A stretch of 64,000 bases of DNA from Curvularia clavata (GCA_023920165.1 CP089274.1:3906001-3970000); one strand, 5' to 3'. Shown: positions 12,401 to 25,428, counted from the stretch's first letter. The notes: generated by a model from the sequence alone, not told the origin. A program made the numbers and translations.

Positions 12401-12556
12401 GACATAGACCCGCATGGTATACGCTTGTTCAAAAAAAGCTAACTACTATGTAAATATCATGCATTGATTGGTCTAAACACCTGGAAGAAGATTAATTCAT
12501 TGCATCGCTGACAGAAACTAGTACCATTTGGGCAAAGTTACCACTAAGCGAGAAGG

Positions 12557-12745
12557 GATGATCATTTACCGCAGTACCCTTTGAGACATCAACCTGGGAC
12601 AACACGTCGACGCGCTACAAACAATAGAATCCTTGACTGGTCTGCTCTGTCCAATGTATGGGAAGACAATCTAGCGTGCCTTGGCTTCAAGCTTGGCCAC
12701 CGCCGGCTTCTGAAGGAGCTGGCGAGTAGGAAAGGCATTCCTAGA
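12557..12745 (+). pseudogene. SAM-domain gene fragment, interrupted by MITE
   Basis: Frameshifted translation INLGQHVDAL...LDWSALSNVWEDNLACLGFKLGHRR..ELASRKGIP fits the SAM motif LGxKLGHRR. Confidence 0.6.
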
Positions 12746-12883
12746 CAGAGTTGCTAACAATCAAGTTGATCGGCAGATTGATTCGCGAACGTGCCAGAGG
12801 CAGGGACGTGTATAGTGTCATGGAGCGTGATGAGGCACGTTCGCGAATCAATCTGCCGATCAACTTGATTGTTAGCAACTCTG
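12746..12883. mobile_element. 138-bp MITE, Mutator-like
   Basis: ~50-bp perfect TIRs CAGAGTTGCTAACAATCAAGTTGATCGG...; 9-bp TSD ATTCCTAGA/ATTCCTAGG. Confidence 0.9.
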
Positions 12884-13796
12884 ATTCCTAGGGTTAGGGT
12901 TGGGCAGGTACATGACCGAGTGGTAGGCGATCACCTGTACGTATATACTTCTCTAGGGATGAATTTTTAATCACTCCCACTCTCTTTGCAGGTCCTTCCA
13001 GGCGAAGGGGTTGAGAGAGATGGACTACCAAGCCTTACACCCTATGCAATGTGTGTAGAGATGAACTCATTTTCCTCGTATTAGACTAAAATAAAGGCTA
13101 TAGGTTAGCAGTCTCTGAACGGACGAAGACTGGATTCAGGCTGGCCGCGGAGTACCTTGTAGTTACGATCGCCGATTGCTCTAGCACCAAGTGAGGCGGC
13201 CCGGGGTCGTGCGCAATCGTCGATGACAGTAAGTAATAAGTTCAGATTGTTGCAGGCTAGCTAGTAACATCACTACTTATGGCTTATAAACGCAAAAATA
13301 ACGTTAAACATCTACTCTATGGAGCCTGTTTTATATCTGGAGGTCGAAGCTTATGCCTTGGTCCTGTTCACTACTCATGGGGCCTCTCTGCTCTTATCCC
13401 TGCTGTTGCGGCGTTACGTCTGACTCTCCCACTTCATCTCTGTGGCCCTCTTGCTCTGCAGAAAATTAGCTTGGCATCCGCTGTGCATACATGTCTGATA
13501 CCGGTGCATAAGCTTATTCGGTGCTATACCAGGAAGATACAGCTTAAAGTTCATTTTCAGCACACCTACCCGAAGAGCGGCTTTACCTACCTGTGTCGGA
13601 CCCTGATGACTATCTCGCTACGCCACCCGGCCGAGGATACTTCCAATCGAACGCAGAGTATGATTCTACCGTTGCTCAGCTAAATCGCCGCTAAACGTCA
13701 CGGCCAGTATGGACAGTTTCACAAGTGGTCTACCGTTGCGCAAAGCAGCTCATCCCCGCTGCTCTCCTGCTCACGATTCTATATCTCTTTACCAAG

Positions 13797-15618
13797 ATGC
13801 CCTAGCCTTCAGAGTTTCCCTAGAGGAACCGACTTTCTCCTAAAGCCAGACCACGTCCGCTAGCTCATCTAATGCTCCTGCAAATGGCAAGGTGTACCCA
13901 TCGCCACACACTTCCTCCAAGGCTCAATCTAATAAAGATAAGCATAGCCCGGGAGAAAGTGGCGACGCCAGGGAGTGGTTCGAAAGCACGGAAGAATACA
14001 GGGCAAAGCAATCCCTTCTTTCCTGACAGCGAGTTTTCTAAGATGCGGTCGGGAGGTCCTGCTTAAGTGAAGTGATATAGATGGCCCACTGTCTTATCTA
14101 CCCGACTCCTCCATACCCCATATCGTTCAAGACGACCATGTACTGCGCGGCTACTCGTACCGACAAGCCTCTATGCCCTATCGCCCTAGCAGGTGCGGCG
14201 CCAGTGCCAGTGCCAGTGCCAGTGCCAGTGCCAGTGCTAAAAGCGGCACCATGGATAAGTTTCGGAGCATCATCGATGATCTGACTGTCGGAAATAAGAA
14301 ATTGAAGTAGTAGTTGAAGAAATACGAGAGGCTATATGATGATTACTTACAAGATGAGAAATTCTTTGAGATTCGCTTTCACGGTCTTGCTGAACATAAA
14401 AAGAGGGAGCTAGTGGAAATCCTACGAAAGTTTGCTGCAGATATCGAGAGAGATCTGAACGCAGACTACTAGCGTACAACCAAGGCACGACATAATCAGC
14501 ATCAAACTATACAATCGTACCTTAGCGACACACCCGTGAACTTGCTTGCGCAGAGCCAAGTAGCCCTGACGGAAGAGTCCAAAAAGAAATCGGTAGTGTA
14601 TCGTTTAGAACAGATCTTCGCAGGTAAGCAGTCAACGCCCAGAAGCCAGCCGCAGCACATGCAGCAAGAAGAGGCTGCCCAACTAGCCGCTATGGACGAT
14701 CGCCGTATGAGAGAAGCTACAGGCCAATGCTCTAAGCCTGAAGGCAACCGCGAAGCACGCGTAATATCAGCACGAGCCGACAAAGAAAGTATTACTGTAC
14801 AGAATGTTCTATTAGAAAAATTTCTTACGATCCCGTCCTTCCACGAACACGTATTTGAGGGCCCCGAGTCCCCTGAACAGCGCCCAACAAGACCGCAAGA
14901 CCTAGATCTGTACCAAGCAGAGGTGCCGACCAAAAACTTGGAATATGTCCGGCATCTCGGTTTCTCCTTGCCCGACATGATCTCAGATAGATCGCCGCAA
15001 GATGATCATGAATAGTTATATCTTAACCTGCTTTGTAATATGGTGCAGCTTCACACGGTTAATGTTACGCCAGATTTCGTAAAGGAAGCAATAACTGAGT
15101 ACAGTTCTAAGTTTGAGCTTTCGCATGATGGACAGAAAGTTCGCTGGAGGGGCAGCCGAGAAGTTACCACAAGTGGCGGCGACAGCTCATCCAAAGATCA
15201 AGAAAAGCACCTCCCTTATGACATATGCGGACATAGCGAATCGTCCGCTAACCACCTCGAAACAAAGCCGGACAATAATGCTGGATTGAGAACCGACCCT
15301 AGACGACAAGTAGAACGAAACAATTGTAAACAAAATGAACAGGATCAGAACAAGTGTCCTTATATACCTCTATTCTCCCACAGCAAACTTTTATATGATG
15401 GGAATGATCTTTGTGACTTTTCCATGGACTCGTCGAGCAACTGGTCTAACCAGGTTCTGCAGTCTGGTGACTTTTCCGAGTTTGGAGGTTCAGCATTGCG
15501 GAGCTATGTAAAAAAAGGCGGCAACAGCCCTATGATTTTTTATAGCAAAGCAAAGTTCTATACAGATTTGACTAGTGACCGCTACAATTGTTCCAAAATC
15601 GCCCCTGGATCTTATATG
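13797..15618 (+). pseudogene. frq: Frequency (FRQ) circadian clock protein homologue with RIP-type stops, truncated by MITE+LINE; 5' boundary uncertain
   Basis: One frame 14251-15618 gives FRSIIDDLTVGNKKLK, FEIRFHGLAEHKKREL, KKKSVVYRLEQIFAGK, PEQRPTRPQDLD, *LYLNLLCNMVQLHTVNVTPDFV, DGQKVRWRG, MIFYSKAKFYTDL, all recognisable FRQ blocks; TAG stops near 14308-14313 and 15013. Confidence 0.93.
14201..14236 (+). repeat. (CCAGTG)6 microsatellite, Ala-Ser repeat in the frq frame
   Basis: Directly visible hexamer repeat. Confidence 0.9.
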
Positions 15619-15756
15619 CAGACTTGGGAACAATCAATTTGATCGGCCGCTTGATTCGCGAACATACCAGCTGTGGGTACGTGCACGGTTTCACGGAGCA
15701 CATTTTGGCACGTTCACGAATCAAACGGCCGATCAAATTGATTGTTCCCAAGTCTG
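15619..15756. mobile_element. 138-bp MITE related to 12746-12883
   Basis: Imperfect ~50-bp TIRs CAGACTTGGGAACAATCAATTTGATCGGCCG...; same length and TIR core. Confidence 0.88.
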
Positions 15757-18700
15757 CGACTGCGAGACAGAAGTATGAATCAGTACACCACACTAAGCAT
15801 ACTACAGTACAACGTACGCAAGTCGAGGGACATGGTAATGGCGACGCTGCTGCGAGACCCCCAGATACACGAGTACGACATTCTAGCCATCTAGGAGCCA
15901 TGGAGGAACCCGTATCTGGCGACTACTCACTACCTAGCAAAGGACGTTTTCCACCTTTGCTATCCAGCAGTAGCAGATGAAGAAGACCCGGCGAGGGTCT
16001 GTTTCTTCGTTAACAAAAGAATTGACTATAACAGATAGCGCTTTAAGGAATACTTGAGAGACGTCTGTTCTCTCGTCATCGAGCCGAGCAGGGACTAACA
16101 GGAGTAGTAGAGTGTGGCGATCCACAACATCTACAATGTAGTAGGAGGCGGGGATTATATAGGCTCTACGCTTATAGACGTCCGTGCAGTCCTCGAGAAG
16201 TATAGCAGTAATAAGCAGATACTACTAGGCGATCTCAATCTGCATCACCCTCTGTGAGGAGGTCAGAATGTTAGACACATTGACCTATAGGCAGAAGACT
16301 TGAAAGCGATTATAGAAGACTTTAACTTTAGTAATACGCTAGCGGCTAGGACAATTACATACGGAGAAGCCGCATAGCAGACTACCATTGACCTATGCCT
16401 CGTCACCATCGGCCTCGTCGACAGAGTGATTAGAAGTCAAGTAGACCGCGACCTCGACCACGACTCTGACCACCTGCCGATAAGCACAGTGCTTGAAATG
16501 ACGGTGCAACGCCTGCAAGAGACAACAAAGAGAAACTAGAAGCGCATGAATGAGAAGACGTACCTAGAGGCCCTAAAAGCGACTCTACCGCCACTACGCA
16601 GGCCAACAACTAAGCTAGCACTCAACAACTACGTCCGAGACGTGACTACTGCTATCAAGACAGCATCAGAGAAGGCGACTCCGCAAATAAGCATCTCAGC
16701 TCAGGCAAGAGAAAGATGAATGGTGGAATGCAAGACAGTTCTAGCGGAAGCGAAGAGGCTTAAAAGATAGCACAGCCAACACAGCACAGAGGAGACGTGG
16801 CAAGCATATCGAAAAGCGAGAAACCACAAGGCTAGAGTAATCCGCAAAGCAATAACTCAGATGCACAGAGACCGAGTAGAAGAGGTAGCACAGTCACCAG
16901 AGAAGCTGCGGAAGCTCACAAGCTAGGCCAAGACAAGAGGCAGCGTAGCCTCTAGGGTCACGCGTGCTATACGACACCCAACAACACAACACGAAGTCAT
17001 AGAGCCAGCCAACAAAGCAACTCTATTTCAAGATGCCTTCTTCCCCACCCCATCAGCAGCAGATCTGACAGACATACAGGACGCCGAGTACACCGACCAG
17101 ATCGAGTTCCCTACAGTAACGGAAAAGGAAGTAAGGGACGCGATCCGTGCAGCAGCACCATTCAAGGCGTCTAGGCCAGACAGTATAGCAAATCGAGCGT
17201 TACAGGTAGGGGAGAGGCTAATCACAAAACATTTCACAAAAATAGTCAACTACGGCCTGCGTCTAGAATACTGCCCTTCTCACTTTCGTGAGTCGACTAC
17301 AGTCGTCCTACGCAAGCCAGGCAAAGACAACTACACCATACCTAGAGCATACCGGCCGATCGCGCTACTTAACACAGTTGGCAAAGTCATAGATGCTGTT
17401 ATTGCTTAACAACTTAGCCACCTAGTTAAAACAAAGCACGTGCTGCCCGACACGCATATGGGCGGCAGGAGGATACGCTCTACTAAACATACACTGCATG
17501 CCGTCACAAGCAGGATCTACCAGGCATAGAACAAAGGCGACGGCCAGGTGGCGAGTCTCCTGCTACTCGATATCTCAGGCGCCTTCGACAACGTCTCGCA
17601 CCCACGACTGCTCTATAACCTGCGCAAGCGAAGGGTAGATAAGAAGACAGTTAAGTAGATTGCAAGCTTTCTTAGTAATAGACACACTAGAATCGTAGTA
17701 GATGGTTTCACATCATAAGAGTACGCAATCAACACGGGCATACCGTAGGGCTCGCTACTCTCGCCCATTCTCTATCTTTTCTACAACGCCGATCTTATAG
17801 ACAAGTGCAATAGAGAAGCCAACATAACGTCCACAGGATATATAGACGACGTAGCCATCCTTACATAGAGCAATATAGTAGCACAGACATGCAGCACACT
17901 AAGTCGCATTCTCGAGAAAGTACAGCGATAGGCTATCACCCACGCCTCGGTCTTCGCACCAGACAAGTTCTAGCTGATTTACTTCACACGCTCGCGTACA
18001 CGCATCAACAGAAGCAGGACAGTGCAGACTAGCTAGGGCGAGGTGACGCCTAAGCTAACGTGCAAGTATCTAGGCCTAACTATGGACTCGACGCTGCAAT
18101 GGAAAGGATATATAGAAGAGATCAGGCGCAAGGCGACAAAGATAGTCAGCGCGCTCAGCTGCCTCGGAGGCTCGACCTAGGGCATTACGCTTGCAGACAT
18201 GCGGAGGCTGTACGAGGCCACAGCACTGCCATAAATAATATATACCTGCTCCATCTGGTCGCATGCCAGCGTTAAGGGCAAAACATATACGAAGAAGACA
18301 CTCAACATCCTACAAAGCATATAGGCAAGAGCAGCAAGAGCCATATGCGGAGCATACAAAGCCACATCTAAAGCAGCACTCGATGTCGAAGCACACCTCC
18401 TACCAATCGAGCAGCAGATATAGAAGCATAACGCCGACGTCATCACTCGGCTTCTCTCAAGCAAGCACATGGCATATGTTTCGAACCTTAATGTAAGCAG
18501 GCCACAACCCGCCAGCGTAAGCATACGCCGCATCAGACACGTCGACTCCTGGCAAAAGATATACGATGATATGAAGGGTCAGCGCAGACAGAATCTCGAG
18601 ACGCAGAAGCCAATTCCACCCTTCATTACCCCGCCTTAGCGACACGGCCGAAAGACCCACATAGACAAGAGAGCCGAGAAAGCACGTAGTCGACATGACA

Positions 18701-19965
18701 GGGAACATGAGAAGGACCAAAGCTTTAGTATCTACACCGACGGCAGTGGCATAGATAGCAAGATTGGTGCTGCAGCAACATGCCCACTCACACAGCAGAC
18801 CCGCACAGTGCACATAGGGCCAGACACAACCTCGACAGTCAACGCCGCCAAGCTACAAGGCATCAGCCTCGCACTACAAATAGCACAAGAGTGCGCAGAG
18901 CGAGGAGGTGAGAGGCGGAAGGTAGCCATCTACACAGACAACCAGGCGGCCATTTAGTCAGTGGCCAAGGCTGAAGGTCGATCAGGAGCATACATTCTCG
19001 CAGAAATTGCAGAACAGGTCAAGACGACCCAGGACATGGACCGGCCAGTGACATTAAGGTGGATCCCAGCCCACACCGGTATCCCAGGAAACAAAACCGT
19101 TGACAGGGCCGCCAAGGAGGCCACAGGATGGAGAGAGGACGGCCGCAGACACCCGCCAGCAGATACGCCGCCCAGGCTCTATCCAATCAGGTCGACCGTC
19201 AGGCGCTGGTGCAGGACTCAAACAGAGCGAGCATGGGCAGCTAAGTGGCGAACAGAGGCGAAAGGTCGAGCAACATACAGACACACACCGTGGCCTACTA
19301 AGAAAGTCCTTTAGATACATGAGGGCCTTACTAAACGACAGAGTGCGCTGCTAGTGCAGCTGCGTACTGAGAAGATAGGCCTACGCGACTTTCTCTTCAC
19401 CCAAGAGCGTCAGGTGTGACCAGCTCCCGCTGCCAGTGCGGGGAGAGACGACAGACTGTCGCCCACATCCTGCTCCACTGCAGGATGCTTAAGGACCTCC
19501 GGAACCAGGTATTCGGCAACCTCCGCGAACGGCATAACCTTCGGGCCATCCTAAGTGAGCCACAGCTAGCCACCAAAGCTATCCAGTTTGTAGAACAAGC
19601 GCAGATCCTTGGGCACGTTGGGATCGAAGACGCGTAAACAACAGCCGAGCCCTGGGGGGAGACTGTAGGTATCGCAGCCGCAAAACACGAGGCAGCACGC
19701 CTCTACGAGCCTATAAGCACAGCATAATGTTAGTAGAGCCATTATCTAGATAAGGTGCCAGCCAGATTGTAGATAGTGGTGGAGGGGAAACGGCAGGCCT
19801 CTAGGAACAGCTGGCTTTCCTAGGGGAGTGACGTGGGGCGGCGCGGATTAACGTCTGCGTGGCGTCGGCTGTTGGCTATGCCAGCCATGCCGGGTATAGC
19901 TGCGGAGAAAACGCGGCTGAAACCGAGTAGGACTCAATCAATCAATCAATGAATCTAATCTAGTC
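15757..19965 (+). mobile_element. Tad1-like LINE, ORF2 only (APE-RT-RNaseH-CCHC, 15775-19637), RIPed, lacking ORF1
   Basis: ILQYNVRKS...DILAI*EPW (APE), SDHLP, YRPIALLNTVGK, LLDISGAFDNV, YIDD, IYTDGS, WIPAHTGIPGN, CQCGERRQTVAHILLHC; (TCAA)n tail at 19934-19950. Confidence 0.95.
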
Positions 19966-20683
19966 TATGCAGACTGATTTGCTGCCCAGGTGCTATATCT
20001 CCACGCATCAACTATGATACAGAGCGTTTTTTTAGGTGCACAGCCACTCGGTAAACTATGCCGTTGGCACTAGGTAGTCTGAAACTATGGGGCCGGTGTT
20101 GACATCCAGCCTATTACATTAGGTACGATGAATGAAGTGAAAGGCGCGTCCTTTGATATGCAGCGGCACAAGCTACAATAGGCTGAGATCAGAACTGGAA
20201 CTATGTGGGGAGCGACAGTAGCGGGAAATGGCTTGCAGGCGCTGGTTTTCCGAAAAAAAACAATGGACGATACGTGTGAGGAGGTGCTGACCTCTGAGAA
20301 GTACGAACAAGCATCGCGGGCGATTTCATATCAAGTGGATTTTAGGAACTAGACAATTGTTCTAAGTGGCAAAGATAAGTTTAAGTATTTATTCAACAGG
20401 CTTCCATGTGGATTTAAGGATAGAAAAAATGCACATCGCAATATTGTAAGCCTTAAAATCAGTATGTGCGACTACACTCAGGTGGTTTATGCATGTTGGC
20501 ATAACAGACATATTGTTTCAGGATGGTGTATGGAATATCAGAAAACTGAGAAAAGGTGCCCAGTCAACCTTACTGCAATGTGCGTTGAAACCTTTCAGCA
20601 ATCCTAGGATGACATGTTAATACCAATCAGACAGTATCGAATTGCTGAAAGATGTCCGGACTGCAATCTACATAATTCGCACC

Positions 20684-21135
20684 TGTTACAATCAACAGGA
20701 ATGATTCTCTCCTCGAAGAAGGGATCAGGAGTTGAAGACCAACTGCCGTCCACGTGAGAAGGTAACGATCGTCGCGGTGTGACGATCACGTGATGTACCA
20801 TCCGCCAAGATGTGTCATCCTGCTAAGGGTGGGACGGTAGTGAGTTTCGGCAGTGAGGTTGAGGATAGAGGTGCCATCACAGACTTCCAATAAGGGCGCA
20901 GGGCCAAGGGATAGATAGGATATCAGGACCTAAGGCAACAGGTGTAAAGGATGGATAGATTTCATTAAGTACACTGGTTGTGGTCAACTCGTGCCTTCTT
21001 CTCTTACCCGGATCGGTACTTAGTTATCTATCGTACGCTCAGGTGCGGGGATGTGTGGTAAAAACAATTGTGTGTATTAATTGCCTCCGCTATCTACCAT
21101 CTTCATTTATGTGTGGTGCATAGCTATTTGTTACA
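20684..21135 (+). repeat. Divergent family A-like solo/chimeric LTR
   Basis: TGTTACA start, GATTCTCTCCTCGA, GATCACGTGA and GTTGTGGTCAACTC shared with LTR 1044; 3' part resembles 23970-24050; no TSD. Confidence 0.65.
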
Positions 21136-21388
21136 AACTGCGCAGCTGTCGAAAGCATAAACTTTGTTAGTAATACCAACCTACTGATTAACCGTGGATT
21201 GCCCGATAGCCTCTATGTAAGCTGATGAGACGACGTAGAGAACAATGAATCAATCCTCTACACAATTTTCCTCACGCACCAAAGAGTGCGACAGTATTGC
21301 TTATTCTGGTTGAGGGTAGATACAGTACGGATTCCTTATCCGAAATCATGATAATTGGTTACGGGCATCTACTCTCGAACCAACATCC

Positions 21389-21760
21389 TGTTACACGGGG
21401 TTAGGCTATACTTCCCTAGTCTCGGTCCGGGTTAGGGTGAGACGGTCAGATGCGGTAAGCCGTGCGATTGTCTGGCGATTCGTGGTGGAAAGAAGTTGTG
21501 GATGTCAACTAAAGGTAAAGGATATCAGTTCTATGTGCGATAGAATAACCAAGTATCAATCTGTGTAAGAGAAGAACTTATGAGAGTTGACCATAACGAG
21601 TGCGATAATGAAATTCGTCCATCATTTATACCCATTGCAATCTGTCCTGGCTTCAAGCTTCCATCCTGGAGTCAGTGACTGCTAGCCCTTCCTGTTAGAC
21701 CTTGTCCTTACAGTGCCGGGGTGGCTTCACTGATGCCGTCGTCTTAGCGTGATGACAGTC
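21389..21760 (-). repeat. Partial family A-like LTR, inverted
   Basis: TGTTACACGGGG...TTGTCTGGCGATTC...GAGTTGACCATAACGAGTG matches the reverse complement of LTR 1044-1550. Confidence 0.75.
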
Positions 21761-22069
21761 AGGCGATCGGTGCGGGGCGCGCAGATCCTTTCGGTTGACA
21801 TCTGGCCACTCACGTTGCATAGTTCCATTCCATCTGCAATAGATGATGTAACTATGACAATAGGCAACGCAATGTTATTAGTGATCTCTTCGAAAGGGTT
21901 TCAATCGGTCTCCATATCTTTGCTATCCCCATAAGAAAAAAAATGATATGGTCGTGGGGTAATATGGTATTTCATGGCCATGTTGCTCCCGGAAGTGCTG
22001 ATTGGAAATGAATATGATAATCCCCAAAAAATGCAATGGTGTTATCGCGTTCAAGGTCATATCAAACAT

Positions 22070-23108
22070 TCATGGCTGGAACTTGTCAGATGAACATATT
22101 TCAAAAAGTTGTTTTGTTGAATTCACCCTGTATGACCCGTTTACGACCATAGGCTCGGTCTGCCCCACAACAGTAATATCGGTGTCCATGCGCACGTGTA
22201 GCGTCATTCCCATGTAAACTTCGCTGTTCAAGGTTTTTACCGCGTGCTGCGCCAATTCCTTCGAGGCAAACTTGGCAATGGCGGCGCCTTTGAAAACCCC
22301 TGTCTTGTTGTCTCGAAGGAACTGGATGTCAATGGCACACCCTACTGTTTGCAACAGCAAAGCATTGAGATCTTCCATGGTGCATTTGCAGCTCAAGTTT
22401 CGGATCGAAATACCATGGGCTTCTGTGAGTAGGGCTCCCCCCTGGATGTTGACGGGTATTCCGTTGGTGCTACTTGAGTAGAGCCGTGGGCTTGACATAC
22501 TATAAGTAGGATAGACTAGAACAGGGGCATATCCTGGTTGCTGCTGCGCTTGCGAATGGGCTTGCATCTGTGGGTACATAGGATACGGGTAGCTGGACTG
22601 TGCTGGCACATATGGGGCCGAAACTGCGGCAGATGCCGTTCGACCAACACTCAACTGGTTGACTCTTCCAATGTCGATGCCGCAGCGTCCAGTGGAGTGG
22701 CCACCTTCTGGGATCTCGGGAAATACAGCAGAACAATTACACCGAATTAACCGGTAATCGTCACTCTTACGGCTGGTTTCCCAGACATGCACCAGAATGC
22801 CTTTGGCTAGATAATAGACCTCTAGAATTCGAGTCAATATTCTGTTACATCATTCAGAGCTGGGAGCACATACTAGATGCCGCATCCGCATCTTCTCTGT
22901 TTCCTATTCGACACCATCCCTGCATCTCCCCTCTTCGGTGACCTTGACTGGAATATACTTCGGCCCAACCCGGTTGCTGCTTGACCACTTTACGAAGATG
23001 ATCTTTGAACTCTTGCCATCCCGCCAGATATTGTGCATAGCGGGTCGCGCCAGATACGACAAGCAAAAAGTCCCCATCGCCTTCTTTCCACGGACCCGAG
23101 TAAGACAT
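22070..23108 (-). CDS. RNA-binding protein with two RRM-like domains, apparently intact; intron 22822-22873
   Basis: Exon 1 has WQEFKDHLR pseudo-RRM motif; exon 2 has ISIRNL (RNP2) and KGAAIAKF (RNP1); GTATGT...CTAG intron joins the two ORFs. Confidence 0.85.
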
Positions 23109-23765
23109 ATAAGTGGGAAGGAATCAGTCGAACTTGGGGTGTTTCTAAGAGGGATAATAATCTAATCTCTAAGAAGATAATATAGGAAAGAATTGAGTGC
23201 AGGGTAATTCTATAAATCGGATAATGTAAGAAGCCTAATAGTAGGGAAAAAGATCATACAGGATGAGTACCTAAGTGGAGTAGTATTGGCACCGTACTTA
23301 TACCTTCCCCTCGGTGGGCTGCTTGAAATCATACTCCTGCCAATGCACATCATGCCGCGCGGCTAAGGATACTCATACTTTCGTCTTTGGAGCTGATCCA
23401 GTTGACGTAGACTGTGGCGTCAATCGGCCATTGAAAAGGAAGCCCACGAAGTCCGCCCACTTTGCCGAAAGATCAGGGCTAGAGCGGTACCTGGAGCGGG
23501 TGGCCTAGATCCTGTATGGTAGCCGTCAAGTGCTAATGGTTGGGCTGCAAACGGAAGGCTTCATGGCCATTGTCAAGTCTGTCTTTGAGAGTCACGCCAG
23601 CCTTTTCAAATGCAGTGTAGCCTTAGCGAAGCTCTCACAGCATCAAAATTGTCATCTTGAGCAGACTGCACATTGTGGATACAGCAGGGAACTCTTATCC
23701 GAAATCATAATGATTGGTTACGGGCATCTGCTCCGCAACCAACGTCCGTCTGTGCAGCAAAAAAC

Positions 23766-24620
23766 CTAGGGCTGAGTGCTTAGGGCTACAGTTCCTAGCT
23801 ACAGTGCGAGGTGTGGCACGCAGACATGTCAGCACGGTACTGCATGCCAAGTACTACAAACAGACGCACGTCTAGTGGGGAGCGTTTTGAAGACTTTGTC
23901 GTCCACGCGGAGAAACTGCCGGGTTCTATACTTATGTAAGCAGTTGAAGTTGTGGGAAGTATTGTGTCGCACGCGTGGGGTGCGGAGAAAATTGATGTGT
24001 ATTATGTCTGCTATCTACCATCTTTATTTATTTGTGGTGTATAGCTGTTGCTTTTTCTTGTTGAGGTGGTGCATCCTTGTTGCCGTTACAGTGGCTTGTT
24101 GCTTCGGCTCAGCTGAAGTCGTTGCTTCTGTAGCCTTGTATAGCCTGCGACATATTGTGTGTTGTTGTGTGTATCATGATAGGAGCAAGTTTGAATACAG
24201 TGTCTGTAAGCAGTTGAGGGAATGGAAAGTATTGTGTATTGTGTAGTAAATGATGCTAAGAGCAAGCTTATAATTTATTACTCTAAATCGACTTTTTAAG
24301 ACTGTGATTAATCTTGACATTTGCTATTCTGGCTTTGTTTCTAGCCTACCGAGCTATTCACAGAAGTATATTATCGCGGAGGAGCAAGGGGGTGTTAGAG
24401 GAGAGTTAGTCGATTGCATTAATAGAACGAGCGATAGCATGGTCAACAACATGCTGTTTAGCATCGGAGGCTGATATGCTAGAAGAGTAGTAGCTATAGA
24501 ATTGACACACGCTGAGCTTAACACTATATAACAGCGCTGGCCTGACGCCGAAGGTCCAGATCAAAGAATGTCTCGTTATACTGGGTGTCTCGTTACCTAA
24601 GGACGCATCTTAGTTAAGGA
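23766..24620 (+). repeat. Dispersed repeat homologous (inverted) to 62860-63367, with an LTR-like insert at about 23935-24245
   Basis: Shared blocks CCTAGGGCTGAGT..CAGTTCCTAGCTA..GTGTGGCACG, CCTGACGCCGAAGGTCC, TGTCTCGTTATACTRGGTGTCTCGTTAC. Confidence 0.8.
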
Positions 24621-24789
24621 GGCCGGTATTGAATAAAGCTTACAGTCCAATTCATGGAATGAGTTCACGCTAAAACTCTGATAGCAAGGCACAAGTATAA
24701 CCTAATATCTTCATTACTGTCCGGTCGATCCTGAAAAACCATACATGAATTAAGCCTGGGACTGAAACTCTATCCCTTAAGCAACTAGA

Positions 24790-25428
24790 CATTCTTACTA
24801 TATCTGACACATGATGATTACAATAGAAGTTCTGCACAAAGCCTGCAATAGCGCCTCTAACTAGCGGGTCTATAGCTATAATTATATAAGAATTAACGCA
24901 CAGCTCCTAACTAAAGTTTTCTCTCCTAAGGCTTCTCTACCTACTGTTTTAGCATTCAAAAATCGGCATTCTCTGTCAATCTATCCGCAGAAAAGCGGCG
25001 CATTCTTCTTGTCCAAGCACTTATTGGTAAGATAATTCGACGCCAGATCCGATTGATATAGAAAGGAAAACAACATACTAGTTGTGTCGCAGTACATGCC
25101 TAGTAAAGATTAGATGACGCAACAGAGATAGATGAAAACTCACCATGAATATGCCTTGCCGTAGTTTAATAGAAAAGACCAAGGGTATGTTTCCTTTGCC
25201 TAGGCAACAAAGCGCTGCCGCTGGCACAGCGCATATATGCCTTTGGTAACTACCCCAGGCGATGTGAGCAAGCATTTCGGACGTAAGCACTTAAGATACA
25301 TCCAGAGTGGGAAAGGTCTGAGCTGCAATCTTTGTATGGTACCCCAGCCAGACAAGATGCAGTTGTAGCGACATGCCCAAGAGATTCACGGAACTGTGTC
25401 CCCTAGACATTCTTATAATCGCTGCTAG
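24790..25428 (+). pseudogene. C-terminal remnant of DUF3435 tyrosine recombinase (Starship captain-like)
   Basis: Frameshifted 25170-25428 translates RPRVCFLCLGNKALPLAQRIYAF.TPGDVSKHFGRKHL...CNLC...MQL*RHAQEIHG, the Cys/His tail typical of DUF3435 proteins; catalytic domain not seen. Confidence 0.65.

Noticed and set aside
12891..12901. GGGTTAGGGTT telomere-like sequence
   Set aside because: Under two repeat units; expected by chance.
14081..14284. ORF with PVPVPV repeat
   Set aside because: Alternative frame of the CCAGTG microsatellite inside the frq locus.
15572..15980. Overlapping ORFs with mirrored peptides (ADLGTINLIGRLIRE)
   Set aside because: Artefact of the palindromic MITE.
19966..20300. 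Possible frq C-terminal continuation
   Set aside because: No recognisable FRQ motif after the LINE, so not annotated as frq.
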